This document shows, in pieces, positions 1 through 9,781 of a DNA stretch of 64,000 nucleotides (positions are counted from its first letter, which is position 1; every line of letters starts with the position of its first letter). Below the pieces are notes generated by a model. The model did not search any database. It saw only the letters and a list, made by a program, of their open reading frames with translations, and had not been told where the DNA came from. A program made the position numbers and the translations under genes. The stretch is from Planctomycetota bacterium (GTDB lineage: Bacteria > Planctomycetota > Planctomycetia > Pirellulales > Lacipirellulaceae): positions 42,443 to 106,442 of the forward strand of contig JBCDJN010000002.1 in NCBI GenBank assembly GCA_039414355.1, read 5' to 3'.

Positions 1-341
1 TGCGCGGAAGCAAGTAGAGTTTATCCCGGCAGCTCGGTATCGTGCGTCAGCACGGTGGCGTCATGTTGCCGTCACTCGGCGCATCGTCGACCCGATGTTT
101 AGGCGGACATCGGTACCTCGCACGCGGTCGTGATTTTGACGCGTGCAGGGCGGTTGAGTCTTTCGGGCAGCACCCCTGGAATCCACACGCACTCGTCGAG
201 TGCTGGCAATGAGATTTTGGGCGACCCGAGACGAGACCGCTGTTACCACACCCACCTAGGCCTCCACGGCGGCGTCCGACGCTCACGGCGTTAAGCTCCT
301 CGCCTGCCCAAGCCCTCTCTAACTCTAGGACTTACGCCGTC

Positions 342-1562
342 ATGCGCTCTCGAGTTTCCAGCGTGCCAGCGGCCACACGACCGGCTTCGGGCGAACACGT
401 TCACGCTGCACCGCTGCAGAGCCGTCGCCTCGGCTTCACGCTGGTTGAGCTTCTGGTGGTGATCGCCATCATCGGCATCTTGATCGCGCTCTTGCTGCCC
501 GCCGTTCAGGCAGCCCGAGAGGCGGCTCGGCGGACGCAGTGCGTGAACATGGTGAAACAGACTGCACTAGCCTGCCTCAACCACGAGTCGGCGAGACGCG
601 GCTTGCCCAACATTTCACCCTTCCCAACGTCAGGCACTGACGTGCTTGTGAACGAACCATCTGGCCGAAGTCTCGCTAACGGTGTCGGTGGGCAATACAG
701 CTGGATTGTGCCGACGCTACCGTACATGGAGCAGCAGCCGCTTTTTGATCAATTCGACCTGACACTCCCGGTAGACGCTCAAGTTGACGCCAACGGCAAC
801 AACTTCAACCCACAAGCAACTCAGATCGACTCCTTGCTCTGCGCTAGCGACGATTCAGATGGGCTCATACTCCAAACTACCGGAGGCGGACTTGGCACCC
901 AAACCTTGAACAACGGGAGGCCGTTTGCGAAAGCGAATATTGCGGCGTACATCAGCCCTGTGCACGCCGAATGCCTGCGTTGGTTCCGCGCCGCAATCGC
1001 CGAAAGACCAACGAAACTGGCAAAGCTAAGCGACGGGACGAGCAACACGATTATGTTGTCGGAAGTGCGAACGTTTGCCAATCAGGGTGACGATCGTGGA
1101 GCATGGGCACTAGGCATGCCAGGCGCGACGTTGCTTTCTCTAGACATGCATGATCTGGATCCATCGGCCCCGACCGGCAGTGGGCGGGCTTGCCGACCAG
1201 CAGACTTCCCAGACGACTTCACGCCTTCACAGTACATTAATCGGTCGTACTCACCCGCCGACCAAGGGGGAGCCGCATCGCAACTTGCTAATACTCCGAA
1301 CTCTAATGGCGAGAACGACATTACTTGGGACTGGATCCGTGGCTGCCCCGACTCAGAGGGCGCCCGTGGCGAGGACATGCCGTGTAAGTCTGCAGGAGAA
1401 GGTTATGCATCCCCGCGTAGCCGCCACCCAGGCGGCGTGAATGCTGCCCACGCCGACGGAAGCGTTATCTTCGTCTCGGACGAGATTGAGGCGCACCTGC
1501 TAGCCCGCATGATCTGCATTGATGACGGTGAGATTCAGACCGAAGGCCGCCAAGTTCAGTAG
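342..1562 (+). CDS. DUF1559-family protein with prepilin-type N-terminal cleavage/methylation helix (planctomycetal pseudopilin-like)
   Basis: 406-aa ORF. The N-terminus has [37 protein letters not shown], a prepilin-type methylation helix. The C-terminal end motif [22 protein letters not shown] is typical of DUF1559. The start could lie downstream of 342. Confidence 0.9.
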   Translation: MRSRVSSVPAATRPASGEHVHAAPLQSRRLGFTLVELLVVIAIIGILIALLLPAVQAAREAARRTQCVNMVKQTALACLNHESARRGLPNISPFPTSGTDVLVNEPSGRSLANGVGGQYSWIVPTLPYMEQQPLFDQFDLTLPVDAQVDANGNNFNPQATQIDSLLCASDDSDGLILQTTGGGLGTQTLNNGRPFAKANIAAYISPVHAECLRWFRAAIAERPTKLAKLSDGTSNTIMLSEVRTFANQGDDRGAWALGMPGATLLSLDMHDLDPSAPTGSGRACRPADFPDDFTPSQYINRSYSPADQGGAASQLANTPNSNGENDITWDWIRGCPDSEGARGEDMPCKSAGEGYASPRSRHPGGVNAAHADGSVIFVSDEIEAHLLARMICIDDGEIQTEGRQVQ

Positions 1563-1580
1563 TTGGGTCCATGCTGAGTC

Positions 1581-2018
1581 GTGCAAGACATTCGCGAAAG
1601 CGGGCGACAGGCCGTGGCGACGACTACTTTGGTGTTCGCCGGTGTGCTGTGTCTTCTGGCGAGTGTTCTCTTACCAGCCTTAATGGATGGTCCTAGCTGC
1701 TGGACGGCAGCTGATCGTAGAGAGGCATCTGCGCTCAACGAGCGCTTCGGCCGGCTCTATCACGCCTACCGCATCGAGCAGGTCCGCCGCGAGCGGCTTG
1801 GCGGGCCGCCGTTGGTTGGTTATCCGCCGGCTCTGGTTCGCATCGAAGAGCAACTCGCCGTTGCCGAGGCCAAGCGACTGCACGCTGTGCAGACTCCCCA
1901 GCGTTGGGCGAGACGCTTACGCTGGATAGCGACCACGCTGCTCGCAGTGGGCGTCGTGGTTTTTGCTTTCTCACGCGACCGCCAAGCAGAACTCGCAGCG
2001 GCTAGCGAGACGGCCTGA
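1581..2018 (+). CDS. hypothetical two-pass membrane protein
   Basis: 145-aa ORF with a GTG start, 19 nt after the DUF1559 stop. It has two hydrophobic segments (TTTLVFAGVLCLLASVLLPAL and WIATTLLAVGVVVFAF). No recognisable domain. Confidence 0.45.
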   Translation: MQDIRESGRQAVATTTLVFAGVLCLLASVLLPALMDGPSCWTAADRREASALNERFGRLYHAYRIEQVRRERLGGPPLVGYPPALVRIEEQLAVAEAKRLHAVQTPQRWARRLRWIATTLLAVGVVVFAFSRDRQAELAAASETA

Positions 2019-3258
2019 CCTCGAATCCCGAGGCGACCGCCTGCTCGCGGACGGCTTCGCCTACTGCCTTGCCGAGCATCGGCGACGCAGGCGCTTCGCC
2101 CGACGCGACGCGTTCGCGCCGCACCTCGGCAACGTGCTTCGCCCGGGCGGCGGAGAGTTGCTGGATCTCCTTCTGAATCGCCTCACGCCGTGACTGCTGC
2201 GCCGCGACGTGCTCCCGCCGCTGGTCGAGCGTCATCGACCGGAGCGCTTCGGGCAGCTGCTCAGCGGGCACGGCTTCCAGCTTCACCTTCTTCAGCCTGA
2301 CAGCGTCCACCAGGTCCCAGTGAGAGTTGCGGTAGTTTGCGCTGGACTTCGTAAACGCCCTTTGAGCGATGGCCGCGGGAGCAAGCTTGAGCGCGTTGGC
2401 GTCTTGCGCCGACTGGCGGCCCAGGGCGCGGCTGCGCTCGGTAGCGTTGCCGTACGGGATGTAGGTCTGGTTCAGCTCGGCGTTGAGCTCGGCGATGCGG
2501 GTGTCTTGCGGAGCGTTGATGGGCCGCTCGACGGCGTTCTGCTCGATGTGGAAGTAGGAGCCGTCCGCCAGCTTGGCGCCCTCGGCCCACATGGTGTCGA
2601 TGCCGGTCTGCTCGGCGCCGCAGTGGATGGTGCTGACGGTGATGCCGAGATCGGCGGCGGCGGCGCACGCCTTGCGGAAGTCAACCGGCCCCTGGGTGAA
2701 GGGCTCGTTGCCGGCGATGAAGACAGTCCGCAGCACGCCCGGCCCGGTGGACCACTCAAGTTCCGTCACCGCGGATTGGATCACCTGGCCGCAGAACTCG
2801 CTGCCGCCGCTGGTGGTGAGGGCGAAGAGCTTCTCGCTGATCGTGTCCAGGTCGCCGGTCAGCGGGACGATCTGCCGGACCCAGCCGGTCTTCTCATCGA
2901 GCCGGCTGTTGCCGTACTCGTAGAGGGCGACGTAGACGTCGGGCCGCTGCCCGTTCCGCTTGATCGACTCGAACTCGTTGACGATCGACCACAGGTGCGT
3001 CCGCGCCTGGTTGATCAAGCCGGTCATGCTGCCGCTGGTGTCGAGCAGAATCGCTAGCTCAACGCGCGGCTTCTGGGCGGGCTTGGATTGTTCCGGCTGC
3101 GATTCCCCCTTCGCTTCGGTCTCGACGGCCTTGGTCTCGACGGCTTCGGGCTGGTCGCCGGTCGGCTGAGACTCGGGCGCCTTCTCGGCTAGGGCGATCG
3201 GCGTGAGCGCGGCTGCTAGCACCAAAGACAGCGGAGCGAGGCGGAACTGGGGCATCAC
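2002..3258 (-). CDS. secreted von Willebrand factor A (VWA) domain protein
   Basis: 418-aa ORF. It has a signal peptide (MMPQFRLAPLSLVLAAALTPIALA) and a MIDAS-type motif (LAILLDTSGSMTG, DxSxS) followed by a VWA-like alternating pattern. The C-terminal tail is charged and coiled-coil-like. Confidence 0.85.
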   Translation of the reverse strand: MMPQFRLAPLSLVLAAALTPIALAEKAPESQPTGDQPEAVETKAVETEAKGESQPEQSKPAQKPRVELAILLDTSGSMTGLINQARTHLWSIVNEFESIKRNGQRPDVYVALYEYGNSRLDEKTGWVRQIVPLTGDLDTISEKLFALTTSGGSEFCGQVIQSAVTELEWSTGPGVLRTVFIAGNEPFTQGPVDFRKACAAAADLGITVSTIHCGAEQTGIDTMWAEGAKLADGSYFHIEQNAVERPINAPQDTRIAELNAELNQTYIPYGNATERSRALGRQSAQDANALKLAPAAIAQRAFTKSSANYRNSHWDLVDAVRLKKVKLEAVPAEQLPEALRSMTLDQRREHVAAQQSRREAIQKEIQQLSAARAKHVAEVRRERVASGEAPASPMLGKAVGEAVREQAVASGFEVRPSR

Positions 3259-3476
3259 GGAGGTCCCTTAAGGAATAGGCGGAGGGAGCGGGAATCGTCG
3301 GTTGGACGCGGGGATCACGCGGCGCGTTCCATCCCTTAGCAAGAATTCTGCCGAGGGTGTCGGGCTGGGCGGGAGGCTGGTGATTGGCCGGTTGTTGACC
3401 AACCCGCCGCCGACTGGTTCGCCCTCCCACCGTCGCGGTACTCACCCTCCGGAGGGCCCAGAGAGGGGAATCCGCC

Positions 3477-5018
3477 ATGTTGTCTAGCAAGCTGCTCGCC
3501 GCCGCTACGGTGTTGACCGCCGCGTCCGTCGCCCACGCGGTTGTGCCCTACAAGCCGGCGCCGGTCACCGGCACGCCGGTCGTGGGGTCCGGCATGTCGT
3601 CGCCGGACGAGGTCTTTGGCAAGGAGTACTCGCACGACTTCGACTTCTCCACGCTCGGCCCGTTTGCCGACCCCGAGCAGGTGATCGCCTGGGACGGCAA
3701 GGGCGGCACGGCCGACTCGGTGGACTACACCGGCACGCGGATGTTCTTTGAGGAGGACTTTGAAGTCGACGCCATCGCCAACACCCGCGACGCGCTCTTC
3801 GACCAAGTGCGGCGAGAAGAAGCGCACCTGACCTTCTCCCACGACGACATGGTCTTCGGCTACGACTTCTCGATGGGCTTCCCGGCGATCACGCCCATCC
3901 CTGTGCCGAGCGGCGGGCCGGTGTTTCTTTCGAATGGCAACATGATCGGCGGCGCCGGCGAGGTGAGCGTGGAGGAGGCCGTGGCGTTCGGCGCCCCGCC
4001 TGCGTCCCAATTCGCTTGGGCGTCCCTGTCCGAGGTGAACGCCATGCCGGAGCCGGTGGATGTGGATGGGCTTGAGGTTTGGGGCCCGGAACCGCGTGAG
4101 GGTGAAGGCGAACGCGGCGTGGTGGTTGGCGACGCGGACAAGTACTCGCTGGACGTCGACTTCCCCAGCGGCGCCAGCGTGTGGAACGCCTCGGGCACGC
4201 CGTACATCGGCCACCCGATGATCGTGTCGGCCGTGGAGTCGCTGCTCGGCCCCATCCCGCCCACCGCGTTCGATCCACGCAGCCAGCACCAAGGTCGGCA
4301 GGCGATTAACCTCGACGCCCTGATGGTGAGCGACATCATCGGCGACAAGGACACCTTCGACTTCGACCCGATCGGCGAGCCCAATTTCGAAGAGCTCCTC
4401 GACCAGAACGGCGACCCGATCGAGCCCTTCGGCATCGACGGCGAGATGCGTGGCGACGCGATCGTCTTCTCGATCCGCCAGATCCTGAACCCCGAGTTCG
4501 AGAGCGACCTAGACGGCTACTACGCGACCGGCAGCGAGCTGTTTGTGCTCGACTCGCTCACCGGGGCCAGCTACCTGATGCACGGCGGCCACGAGTGGAG
4601 CCACGATTACTCGCTGAGCGAACTGATGCTGGCCTTCGAAGACGGCCCGCAGGAGTTTGAGGCGGTGATCGACATCAACGCCATCGAGGCGATCGGCGAA
4701 GGCGTCGTGTCGCTCCCAACGCCGAACCCCGGCGACTTCAACGGCGACGGTATCGTGGACGCCGCCGACTACACCGTCTGGCGGGACAGCCTCGGCACTG
4801 GCGACTCACTGCTTGGCAACGGCGACGAGACCGGCGCCAGCGCCGGCGTGGTGGACGTAGCCGATTTTCTGCTCTGGAAATCGTTCTACGGAACCAGTTA
4901 CGCTCCGGCCATGGCCCCGCTCGGCAGCGGCGGCGTTGCCAACGTGCCCGAGCCGGCGACCGCCCTCAGCGTGCTGTTGGCCGGCGTCGTTGCGGCCGTC
5001 GTTCGGCGTCGCGACTGA
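3477..5018 (+). CDS. secreted protein with C-terminal dockerin-like repeat and PEP-CTERM sorting signal
   Basis: 513-aa ORF with signal peptide [21 protein letters not shown]. The C-terminus has [22 protein letters not shown] ... [15 protein letters not shown], then [24 protein letters not shown] (PEP motif, TM helix, basic tail). Confidence 0.85.
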   Translation: MLSSKLLAAATVLTAASVAHAVVPYKPAPVTGTPVVGSGMSSPDEVFGKEYSHDFDFSTLGPFADPEQVIAWDGKGGTADSVDYTGTRMFFEEDFEVDAIANTRDALFDQVRREEAHLTFSHDDMVFGYDFSMGFPAITPIPVPSGGPVFLSNGNMIGGAGEVSVEEAVAFGAPPASQFAWASLSEVNAMPEPVDVDGLEVWGPEPREGEGERGVVVGDADKYSLDVDFPSGASVWNASGTPYIGHPMIVSAVESLLGPIPPTAFDPRSQHQGRQAINLDALMVSDIIGDKDTFDFDPIGEPNFEELLDQNGDPIEPFGIDGEMRGDAIVFSIRQILNPEFESDLDGYYATGSELFVLDSLTGASYLMHGGHEWSHDYSLSELMLAFEDGPQEFEAVIDINAIEAIGEGVVSLPTPNPGDFNGDGIVDAADYTVWRDSLGTGDSLLGNGDETGASAGVVDVADFLLWKSFYGTSYAPAMAPLGSGGVANVPEPATALSVLLAGVVAAVVRRRD

Positions 5019-5057
5019 AGCTGTGCGATCCACCCACCCTTCCCCCCGGTGGCTACT

Positions 5058-5103
5058 GCCCGCCGCGACGGCCAAAGCCGTTGCGGCGGGCCCTTTTCGT
5101 TTG
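5058..5103 (+). terminator. putative intrinsic terminator downstream of the PEP-CTERM gene
   Basis: Stem gcccgccgcgacggc / gccgttgcggcgggc (15 bp, one G-U pair), loop caaa, followed by ccttttcgttt. Confidence 0.6.
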
Positions 5104-5179
5104 GGAGGAGAGTTGGCGCCAAGGCCCGCCTGTTCGCTAGGCTGCCGGCTCGCCAACCGACCGGACGCGGCCTGCGACC

Positions 5180-7309
5180 ATGTCAACCATCCGCGATGAG
5201 CCCGCCGAACTGCCGCTCGAGCTGCTCCAGCAGATCGACGAGCGTTGCGACCGGTTTGAGGCGGCGTGGAGCGATGGCGAGGCGCCGTCGCTGGGCGGCT
5301 ACGTGGAAGACGCGCCCGCCCCGATCCGCGACCGGCTGCTCCGCGAGCTGCTGGCCATTGAGCTGGAGTACCGGCGGAACGACGACGGCCAGCGGCTCAC
5401 GGCCCGCCAGATCGTCGCGCTGCACCCGGCGCTCAACCAGGCGATCGCCGAAGAGTTCTGCCGGATGCCCACCATCCGCAGCGACCCGGCGCCCTCGCGA
5501 GCCGACGACCCGGCCGCAAGCGGCCTGCACATCCGCTGCCCCCACTGCCGCAACCAGGTTGAGCTGCTCGACGACACGCCGCTGGACGAAGTCACGTGCC
5601 GGACCTGCGGCAGCGCCTTCACGCTGGTCGGCGACGACTCGCCCGATGGCGAGGTGTTCACGCTCAAGCAGGTCGGCCGATTCGAGCTGCAGTCGCTGCT
5701 GGGCGCCGGCGGCTTCGGATCGGTTTGGCGGGCGCGGGACACAGAGCTCGACCGGCTCGTGGCGGTCAAGATCCCCCGCCGCGGCAGCGTGAGCCGAACC
5801 GAGGCGGAGCTGTTCCTCCGCGAAGCCCGGGCCGCCGCCCAGCTTCGGCACCGCAACATCGTGCCCGTGCACGAGGCGGGCCGCGACGGCGACACGCTGT
5901 TCATCGTCAGCGACCTGATCGAAGGCGAGCCGCTCTCCGTACGACTCGAAGGCCCGCGGCCCGCCTACCGCGAGACCGCCGAGCTGCTCGCCAAGGTGGC
6001 CGACGCGCTCGCCGCCGCCCACACGCTGGGCATCGTCCACCGCGACCTCAAGCCGTCGAACATCATGCTCGACCACGCGGGCGAGCCCTACCTGATGGAC
6101 TTCGGCCTCGCCAAGCGGCAGTCGGGCGAAGTCACCATGACCGTCGACGGCCAGGTGCTCGGCACGCCGGCGTACATGTCGCCCGAGCAGGCGGCCGGCG
6201 AGACCAAGTGGATCGATCGGCGGACCGACCTCTACTCGCTCGGCGTCGTGCTGTTCCAGATGCTAACGGGCGAGCTGCCGTTCCGCGGCAACCTGCAGAG
6301 TCAGATCCGGCAGCGGCTGGAAGACGACGCCCCGAGCGCCCGCCGGCTGAACGACCGGGCGCCGCTCGACCTAGCGACCATCTGCCAGCGCTGCCTCGAA
6401 CGCGACGCCAATCGCCGCTACGCCACCGCTGAGCAAGTGGCCGACGAACTGCGTCGCTACCTCCGCGGCGAGCCAATCCAAGCCCGGCCACTCTCGAGGC
6501 CGCAACGGCTGGGGCGCTGGGCGCGTCGGCATCCGACGCTGGCGACGGCGATCACGCTCGCCGGCGTGCTGGCGGTCGTTGGCCCGGTGGCGGCGATGGT
6601 GATCGAAGGCCAACGGCGGGCCCTCGCCGAACGGCTCGCCGAACGCGACGAGCTGCTCCGCCGCACCAACAGCGACATCGAGACCGCGCAGCAAACGATC
6701 GCGTCGCTCCAGGCGAAGAACCAACAACTCCAAACCGCCGTGCCCCTCGACCAAGCGCCGCCCGATTGGCGACGTGCGCTAGCGCGTGACTACCTATCGG
6801 ATCACTTGGACGAAGCGCTGGCCAACCTTGATCGGCTCGACCAAGACGAGGCGTGGCTCAAGGGCCAGCTCGGGCTCGGCCAACTGCTAAGCCTCGCCGG
6901 GCGGCCGGACGAGGCGCTCCAGCGGTTCAAGCTCGCCGACGAGTGGTTCGATAAGCACCCAGCCCACGCGCTCCGCGTGGCGTGCTTAGAGAGCCTCCGC
7001 GACCTTGCAACCGAGATCGGACTCGAAGACGAGGCACGCGCGTACGCCGCGGAGCTGGTCGCCGTCCGCAAGGTGGCGACCGACGCCGATGTCGCCAGTC
7101 GAACCGAGCTACTCGGCACGCTGATCGATAACGCGCGACGCCAATCCGCCGACGCGTCGAGTGACTCGCTCACCGCGGCGCGCGAACTCGCCGCCGCCCG
7201 CGATGCGTTGCGTGAAGCGTGGTCGGCCGAGCCGGGAGCGGTGGCCGAGGTCGCGGCGGCGCTGGCGCCACGCGGCGCGGTTCAGTCGCCACCTTTGCCT
7301 GACGAGTGA
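5180..7309 (+). CDS. Ser/Thr protein kinase (Hanks type) with N-terminal zinc ribbon, TM helix and C-terminal helical-repeat region
   Basis: 709-aa ORF. Kinase motifs are [26 protein letters not shown] and [16 protein letters not shown]...CRTCGS lies upstream of the kinase domain. A TM segment ([23 protein letters not shown]) follows it. Confidence 0.9.
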   Translation: MSTIRDEPAELPLELLQQIDERCDRFEAAWSDGEAPSLGGYVEDAPAPIRDRLLRELLAIELEYRRNDDGQRLTARQIVALHPALNQAIAEEFCRMPTIRSDPAPSRADDPAASGLHIRCPHCRNQVELLDDTPLDEVTCRTCGSAFTLVGDDSPDGEVFTLKQVGRFELQSLLGAGGFGSVWRARDTELDRLVAVKIPRRGSVSRTEAELFLREARAAAQLRHRNIVPVHEAGRDGDTLFIVSDLIEGEPLSVRLEGPRPAYRETAELLAKVADALAAAHTLGIVHRDLKPSNIMLDHAGEPYLMDFGLAKRQSGEVTMTVDGQVLGTPAYMSPEQAAGETKWIDRRTDLYSLGVVLFQMLTGELPFRGNLQSQIRQRLEDDAPSARRLNDRAPLDLATICQRCLERDANRRYATAEQVADELRRYLRGEPIQARPLSRPQRLGRWARRHPTLATAITLAGVLAVVGPVAAMVIEGQRRALAERLAERDELLRRTNSDIETAQQTIASLQAKNQQLQTAVPLDQAPPDWRRALARDYLSDHLDEALANLDRLDQDEAWLKGQLGLGQLLSLAGRPDEALQRFKLADEWFDKHPAHALRVACLESLRDLATEIGLEDEARAYAAELVAVRKVATDADVASRTELLGTLIDNARRQSADASSDSLTAARELAAARDALREAWSAEPGAVAEVAAALAPRGAVQSPPLPDE

Positions 7310-7689
7310 CCCGAGCCGCCGTAAACCGTGGCCGGGTCGACCACCCGCTCGGCGATCACGCTCAGCCCGTCGTCGGTGACTTCCCGGAAGAAGCAGCTCG
7401 CGTACCCTTCGTGGCACGCGGCGCCGCCCACCTGATGGACCTTCAGCAGGATGGTGTCCGCGTCGCAGTCCACCAGCACCTGCCGGACGTGCTGCACGTG
7501 GCCGCTCTCTTCGCCCTTCCGCCAGAGCCGCCCCCGGCTGCGGCTGAAGTAAACCGCCCGCCCGGTCCGCACGGTCTCCTCGTACGCCTCGCGGTTCATC
7601 CACGCCTGCATGAGCACCAGGCCCGTCTCCGCGTCCTGGGCGATGGCGGGCAGCAACGCGTCGGCAGATTGGAAATTCGGGCCGTTCAT
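7282..7689 (-). CDS. hisI: phosphoribosyl-AMP cyclohydrolase
   Basis: 135-aa [60 protein letters not shown]...[11 protein letters not shown]...[13 protein letters not shown] matches the HisI cyclohydrolase signature. No HisE part is fused. Confidence 0.93.
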   Translation of the reverse strand: MNGPNFQSADALLPAIAQDAETGLVLMQAWMNREAYEETVRTGRAVYFSRSRGRLWRKGEESGHVQHVRQVLVDCDADTILLKVHQVGGAACHEGYASCFFREVTDDGLSVIAERVVDPATVYGGSGHSSGKGGD

Positions 7690-7886
7690 GCCTTCAGTGT
7701 CGCCCGGCGAGGCGAAGTTGCAAGCGGCCCGCGAACGACAACCGCCACAGCCCGCGCGATCGCGCCAGGGCGTTCGATCCGCTTTTCTTCTCGGCTTGTG
7801 CAGGCGGTGCTAGCGGTGGGTCGATCTGCCTTCGTGGAGCCAACGCGAGGGAACCGCGTCGGTCACTCGGCCAAGCGCCGCCTTGT

Positions 7887-8519
7887 ATGGAGGCTCGGGG
7901 CGGGCTGTGTCGTTGTTCTTGGAGCCATCCCGTGAACCAGTCGCTAACCGTCGTCCTGCCCGTCCACAACGCGGAATCCACGCTCCGCCAGAGCGTTGAG
8001 CGGGTGCTTGAAGTTGCCGGCGAGCTGACCCCCGACCTCCGCTTGCTGATCATCGACGACGGGTCGATGGACGACTCGTTCGACGTGGCCCAAGAGATGG
8101 CGGCCCGCTACCGGCAGGTGCGCGTGATCCGCCAAGCCCAACGCCGCGGCCTGGGGCCGACGATCAACGCCGTTCGCCGGCGCGTGAACGCCGACGTGGT
8201 GATGGTGCACGATGGCGTCTCGAAGATTAACGCCGAGCAGCTCCGCATGCTCTGGGGCCAACGGCCGGGCGGCGACGAAGTGACCATGGCCGATCTGCTG
8301 CTGCCGCGGCTCAACCAAGCGGCAATGGCGGAGGCGCACGGCCGATTGATGAGCTTCCAGTTGGTGGACTGCGGTGGAGAAGGTGTCGACGAAGCTTCCA
8401 CCTCCGCGGCGCCCATTCCGGCGCCCCACAAAGCGCCGCAGGAAGGCGTGGGCGGCATCCCTTCGCTGCCTCGCCCCAACTTGGCGGGCGCGGTTGGGTT
8501 GTTTGCGAAGGGTGAGTAG
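7887..8519 (+). CDS. glycosyltransferase family 2 (short GT-A fold protein)
   Basis: LTVVLPVHNAESTLRQSVERVLE...LLIIDDGSMDDS is the GT2 N-terminal nucleotide-binding pattern. An alternative GTG start at 7932 would put the motif near the N-terminus. Confidence 0.75.
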   Translation: MEARGGLCRCSWSHPVNQSLTVVLPVHNAESTLRQSVERVLEVAGELTPDLRLLIIDDGSMDDSFDVAQEMAARYRQVRVIRQAQRRGLGPTINAVRRRVNADVVMVHDGVSKINAEQLRMLWGQRPGGDEVTMADLLLPRLNQAAMAEAHGRLMSFQLVDCGGEGVDEASTSAAPIPAPHKAPQEGVGGIPSLPRPNLAGAVGLFAKGE

Positions 8520-9112
8520 ACGCTGCCGGGCAACGAACTGCTAACTTGGCAAGCAATTCGCCGGTGACAGCGGCAGAATCTCAAGATTTTTCTCGGTGCT
8601 GGGTTCCGCCTCACTCAGCGTTGCGATTTCGCACAGCCGCGTCTCAGATCAGGACTGCGGCCAGGGTGCTTCTGTCTCTATCTGATGCAGCCCTACAAAA
8701 TCCGCCCTTAATGGCGTGCTGTAAGCGTTCTGATTGGCTTGTACTGGGGTGATTGTCGCCGTACTATCGCCACAGTCCTGGTCGCCACAGCTTGTTGGAA
8801 CCGGCAGCGGCGGTTGGGACGGCCCCCGTATCGGAGGGGGCTAGCGACCGCCGGGACGGGGTTTGCCCAGGCATCCCCCTTTGAGCGGCCATCGCGAGGT
8901 TGCAGGCCTTGCGATGGAGCGAGTCCCGGCGGACCTGCTGGAGGCCTGGAGAGGCGCTCACCAGTTGAAGGTTGGCGACGCCGCGGCCTAGGGAGCCGTG
9001 TCGGAACCGCCCTCGGTTAACCGGTGGGAGTGCCCTCGCGGAAGAGCCGCGCCCTTGCCACCGCTCGTCCCCCCGATTCTCTTCTCACGGAACAAGAGAC
9101 GGAGGCTCCGAC

Positions 9113-9760
9113 ATGAGCGTGTCCGATAACCTGAGCGCGAACCCGGTGTACAAGTCCGGCTTTGGCCACCCCGCCGTGCCGCCCGAAACCACCGCGCAGC
9201 CGTCGCCGCCCGCCGTGCCCCATGGGGCGTTGGACGAGACGGTTGACGACCGCGGCGCCGCGCCGCCAAGTAAAGCGGCGGGTCGGACGTCCGCCTCGTC
9301 CGAGACGGCCCTTCACCGCATCGCCGAGGTTCGGCGTCGGCAAGGGGTTTCGGTCCGCAGCGCCGCCCGACGAATGGGCGTTCCGCCCGAGCAGGTCCGG
9401 CAGCAAGAGATCGCCTCGGCGGACATTCGCCTCTCAGACCTCCACCGCTGGCAACGAGCGCTCGACGTTCCCGTGAACGAACTGCTCGTCGAGCAGGACT
9501 CGCCGCTCTCCGGCCCGGTGATGAGCCGCGCCCGGATGCTGCGGGTGATGAAGACGGTGCGAGCGATCGCCGAGTCGAACTCGGACCCTAGCGTTGGCCG
9601 GCTGACATCGATGCTCGAAACGCAGCTCTTGGAGATCATGCCCGAGCTGCAAGAAGTGGGCGCGTGGCACTCGGTTGGCCAGCGGCGCACGCAAGACGAG
9701 ATGGGCCGCGTCGCCGAGCGGCCGGTCTCCGATAACTTCGCCAGCGACGGCCTGAAGTAA
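9113..9760 (+). CDS. helix-turn-helix (XRE-like) domain protein
   Basis: The ATG at 9113 is preceded by ggagg (9101-9105). The central segment IAEVRRRQGVSVRSAARRMGVPPEQVRQQEIASADIRLSDLHRWQRALDVPVNELL has the XRE/Cro-type HTH layout. Confidence 0.7.
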   Translation: MSVSDNLSANPVYKSGFGHPAVPPETTAQPSPPAVPHGALDETVDDRGAAPPSKAAGRTSASSETALHRIAEVRRRQGVSVRSAARRMGVPPEQVRQQEIASADIRLSDLHRWQRALDVPVNELLVEQDSPLSGPVMSRARMLRVMKTVRAIAESNSDPSVGRLTSMLETQLLEIMPELQEVGAWHSVGQRRTQDEMGRVAERPVSDNFASDGLK

Positions 9761-9781
9761 CGGCCGCGCCCGTCATCGCGG

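Noticed and set aside
47-286. Two small minus-strand ORFs at the window edge
   Set aside because: They are Arg/Cys/Gly/Pro-rich with no motif. The first 340 nt are left unannotated.
2018-2042. tRNA T-arm-like hairpin cctcgaatcccgagg
   Set aside because: There is no acceptor, D or anticodon arm around it. It sits at the junction of two convergent CDS ends and is just a small hairpin.
3336-4292. 318-aa minus-strand ORF and other nested ORFs across 3336-4435
   Set aside because: They are antisense to the PEP-CTERM protein gene and have shadow-frame composition.
5049-5792. 247-aa plus-strand ORF overlapping the kinase start
   Set aside because: It is an alternative frame with Arg/Ser/Thr/Pro low complexity. 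It also begins inside the terminator hairpin of the upstream gene.
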